NCBI GenBank assembly: GCA_008632985.1
Contig: QPGO01000137.1
Coordinates: 62,001-126,000, forward strand
Direction of reading: 5' to 3'
Source of the DNA: Psammoneis japonica
Lineage: Eukaryota
Length of the DNA: 64,000 nt
Positions 60,746-64,000 of the stretch are shown piece after piece. Position 1 is the stretch's first letter; the number at the start of each line of letters is the position of its first letter. Below the pieces are notes generated by a model. That model searched no databases, was not told the DNA's origin, and worked only from the letters and a program-made list of their open reading frames with translations. Position numbers and translations under genes: made by a program.

Positions 60746-62186
60746 ATGACAAAGTGGCGCACATGTTGATGGGCAACATTGGCTGTGGTGGGGCCACTTG
60801 GTCGTGCACATTTGGGCTTGATGTGACTGTCCAACTGGCCATGCCCTGCAGGAATGGCTGTCAGTGGTTGGTGGAGCACAAGCAGAAGTTCAAAGCAAAA
60901 AACATGTGTGGGTCAAAATGTTGCAAAATGACACAAGAAAAAACCCAACTTGACCCAGGAATGCAGTGCATGAACATTGTCCAATTGCACTGATCTTCTC
61001 TGGAAATGCCGACCAGCAGAACAGTGAGTGGCACTTGCATTGCTTGCCATGGCATTGTTGCACATTTTGCCATTGTGCTGCAGTTTGCACAAGAAGGACT
61101 GGGCTCTGTTTTGCCAACAGCAGGTCTTTTTTGGCAACAGTGGATGTTTTGCTGTGTTGAATCTGAAGACATTTTGAGAAGCACTTTGCAATGACCCCAT
61201 TCAGTGCACATCAAAGGCACAAGAAAATTTGGTGACACACAAAAGCCTCAGAGACCAACTCAAATTCACATTGCCTGCAGACCAAATGGGTCGTGCACTG
61301 GCAAAAATCCACTGCCTGTGAAGCACAGCACTGGAAAAGGGAGACAAGCAAGAAGGAGCCAAGGTTGGAACAAACAAGTGAAGAAGACACATGAGAAGAG
61401 ATTGAGCAAGGATGCAGGGCAATGCAATGAAATGTGGTCCCAGAAATTCTGGAAATGCATCTGCCACATGGAAGAAGCTATCATGATGGACAGAACAGTC
61501 GATGAGTTGACAATGGAGAATGATGACAACCTTGATGAAGAGCAGGAGTTGTGGTTTGCTGCAGAAGCATTGCAGACAGCAGTGCAGTTGATGTTTGGTG
61601 GTGATTTGCAGCCAAAAAATGAGTCATTGGGGGGGGGGTGTTGGTTGGCTCCCCAAAGAGGAGGTGGTGAGCAAACAAGCAGCCAGGGGTGCCAAGCAAG
61701 ATGGTTGATGGTGAAAGGGATTGGGTGGATGCCAGCATCATTCAAAGAGGTGATCACAGTTGTTCCACATTGTGTTTTGTGGGTGCCATAAAATTTCCAC
61801 TTGGTGCTCGCATGGTGTGTGTGCCTTTTGTGACTCTCGCATGCCTTGTTAGCACAAACAGCAGGGCCGTTTCGTGCGGCGTCATTCACCAAGGGATGCG
61901 GAAGGAATGACAGACGCCTGTTGTAGATACACAGTAAGCTCAGAACCGCTTTTCGATTTTAAAATAAGTGCTACTCCATAGTGCGTTCAGCAGTTCTCTA
62001 GCTTACAGTAATCTTTGAACCTAGTTTAGTGCGGTATGTTGAATGTTTCGAATGCTTGTCTCTAGAGCATAGTCTTGATCTTGCATCAGAGAGACGAAGG
62101 GGTGCAAAATTCAGAAGCAGAAATGTGGATGCAGACCACGGCAATGCATTTCTAACAGAAACCTCAAGCTAGCTAGCTAAAAAAGC

Positions 62187-63059
62187 CTATTCCTTGATTT
62201 GTCGGATTCTCGGGCCTTTCATTTTCTGAATCGAATTCCAGATACCGTCCAGAGCAATCTGGGTTCTTTCTTCTGCTGACTTTGCCTGTAAAAGCTGAGG
62301 TCGAATTTCTCGTGCCACAGTCAGCGCTGGAGATGCATTAATGAGGGCGCCAACCCAGAATGCACACTCGGATGGCTGTTCCCACGATGGCAACGGGCCA
62401 AGTTCCTTCAGCAGCTTGTCCACTTGCGCTCGAGATAGCTCTTCTTTGGCTAGTTGAACCCACATGTCCACAAGACTCTTGGATTCATCCAAATTGACAT
62501 TGGGATGAGTGAATTCTCTAGCCATTTGCATGGCGCGTGTCATGCTCATGGGATCGGCTGCCGTATCGGCTGCATCTTCTGTTGCAGAGGTGAGAAATGT
62601 AACTCGAGCTTCGCTCCATCCAGCCTCGTTCTCGGCGACTGTTTCGGGACGAATACGAAATCGACGAGTGGCTTTGACTGTCACCTCAACCGAATCCTTG
62701 TTTTCTATAATGTGCGGTTTCCCTAGAATCTCGACAAGTACTCCCACGCCTCCCCAACCTCCGAGAATGCCAAACTGCGGTGTTTCCTCTTGCAGTCTTG
62801 CTCGAACAAGAGGCAAGTCGTTAACGATAATGGTTGCTGTTTGACGCGGTAAAATGCAAAAGTCTTTCATCACGACCAACGGGAGGCTACTTTCTGCAAT
62901 ACCATCTATTCTTTTCTGAAGAGACGCCATGGAAAAACCATTATTGTTCGACAGATGAATCCGAGTTTCTGGTCGTCGAAATGGTGACAACGGAGCAAAG
63001 GCAGAAACTGTATTCAGCCCGAAAATCAAAAAGCAACTGAACAAACAGTGGTAGCTCAT
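62187..63059 (-). CDS. Lon N-terminal (PUA-like substrate-binding) domain protein with bipartite plastid targeting signal
   Basis: MSYH...NTVSA|FAP; LPLVVM..CILPRQ, GVGVLVEI, VKATRRFRI, AFWVGALIN and EIRPQLL..SAEER. ATG at 63059. Confidence 0.8.
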   Translation of the reverse strand: MSYHCLFSCFLIFGLNTVSAFAPLSPFRRPETRIHLSNNNGFSMASLQKRIDGIAESSLPLVVMKDFCILPRQTATIIVNDLPLVRARLQEETPQFGILGGWGGVGVLVEILGKPHIIENKDSVEVTVKATRRFRIRPETVAENEAGWSEARVTFLTSATEDAADTAADPMSMTRAMQMAREFTHPNVNLDESKSLVDMWVQLAKEELSRAQVDKLLKELGPLPSWEQPSECAFWVGALINASPALTVAREIRPQLLQAKSAEERTQIALDGIWNSIQKMKGPRIRQIKE

Positions 63060-63801
63060 ACTGTAATGTGTTTTGGGTGCCGAGCCGAAGAATGAATGGA
63101 AATTCGTTGCCTCATTGGCATCGGCATGTTGGCATCCTGCTTGCTCATGTTTTTCGAATGCTTTCGTTCTTTTTCCGTTTCTGGCTGATGACGTGTCACA
63201 GAAGAAGCACCAACAGCTAAATGCCATATCCAAACAAACCCGGATGTCATACTTATGGCAAAACAAACCCGGACAATGCCTGGTGCCCGCGGCGGCGACC
63301 AAACTTTCGGATGACCAACTTTCGCGTTGCGGCAGCTCAAGGCTTTGGCATTGCAGTCGCCGTCACGTCCAATTGTTGCAAAAAGATTTGAATCTTGTAG
63401 CAGCGGTGTCTATCACGCCACGATGAGACCAATGGCGTTCTTGCGGGCTCCTTGGCAAACACAAGAAAGCCGAGCAAAACGTAGTCGTAGTAGGTTCTTC
63501 TTCGTGTCAGACGATGCATCTTTCTGATCTTCAAATTACACATCAATGCTACTGCTGTCGTTGATAAGCATCGGCTTGATGTAATCGTACAGGTAACCAT
63601 TAAGCCCAAACCATGATCCGTTAGACGGTTTGAAGAGGTAGGCATACCTTGACTTTAAACTATTCTCACCTACAGTATTTATCTTTTGGGAACACATCAA
63701 TGATATTTCCATAGGATCAATGCAACTCATAGCATGTAACATTGCATTCTTGATAGCTCTGTTCGCTGCATTTGGTACAATCGCGCATGGAACCAAACTC
63801 T

Positions 63802-64000
63802 CTACACCAAGAAATACCTGGAACCACTCCCTGTTGTCACGACTTCGCCTCCCGCCACCGTGCCTTTCGCAATCGGACTTGTTGTGACGCGCTCGCCTTC
63901 GGAGAAAGCTTCTGATCCACTGATAAAGCCAGAGATCGATCCATCCCTATTGCGTTTCCAGTTCACAATGGTTGGCACACCTTTCGGGGCCTGCATCGAC
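63802..64000 (-). CDS. 3' end of a gene running off the window (uncharacterised domain)
   Basis: Open frame ...VPTIVNWKRNRDGSISGFISGS...VTTSPI...TGSGSRYFLV ending in a stop. Confidence 0.65.
   Translation of the reverse strand, partial: SMQAPKGVPTIVNWKRNRDGSISGFISGSEAFSEGERVTTSPIAKGTVAGGEVVTTGSGSRYFLV

Larger units (their letters stand above)
58150..61920. other. Hypermutated block F
   Basis: TA and CG are nearly absent; TA returns sharply at about 61924. Confidence 0.9.

Overview
Eukaryotic nuclear DNA, most likely from a pennate diatom (inferred from CoDi-type Ty1/copia relics, ASAFAP-type bipartite plastid targeting signals, and a secreted protein with an RRL motif and KxxK tail). Short gene islands of ordinary composition (about 13150-18190, 22080-24700, 28870-30130, 31750-34500, 54400-58100, 61920-64000) alternate with blocks covering roughly 70% of the window. 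These blocks are made of transposons and duplicated genes, have lost nearly all TpA and usually most CpG, and are strongly enriched in TpG/CpA. The main result is an apparent repeat-directed hypermutation process running opposite to fungal RIP: TpA becomes TpG or CpA (A:T to G:C), preferentially at the A of 5'-TAY-3'. The window contains its own controls. An intact GT31 galactosyltransferase gene (32287-33471) has a relic copy (about 58170-58910) in which all 19 TpA sites I aligned by eye are gone and nearly every aligned Tyr became His or Cys. TTAA target-site duplications have decayed to TCAA/TTGA, and young MITEs keep their TpA. Most of the ORF track inside these blocks is spurious, because TAA/TAG stops were erased. 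All counts were made by eye and family assignments come from motif recognition, not database searches.
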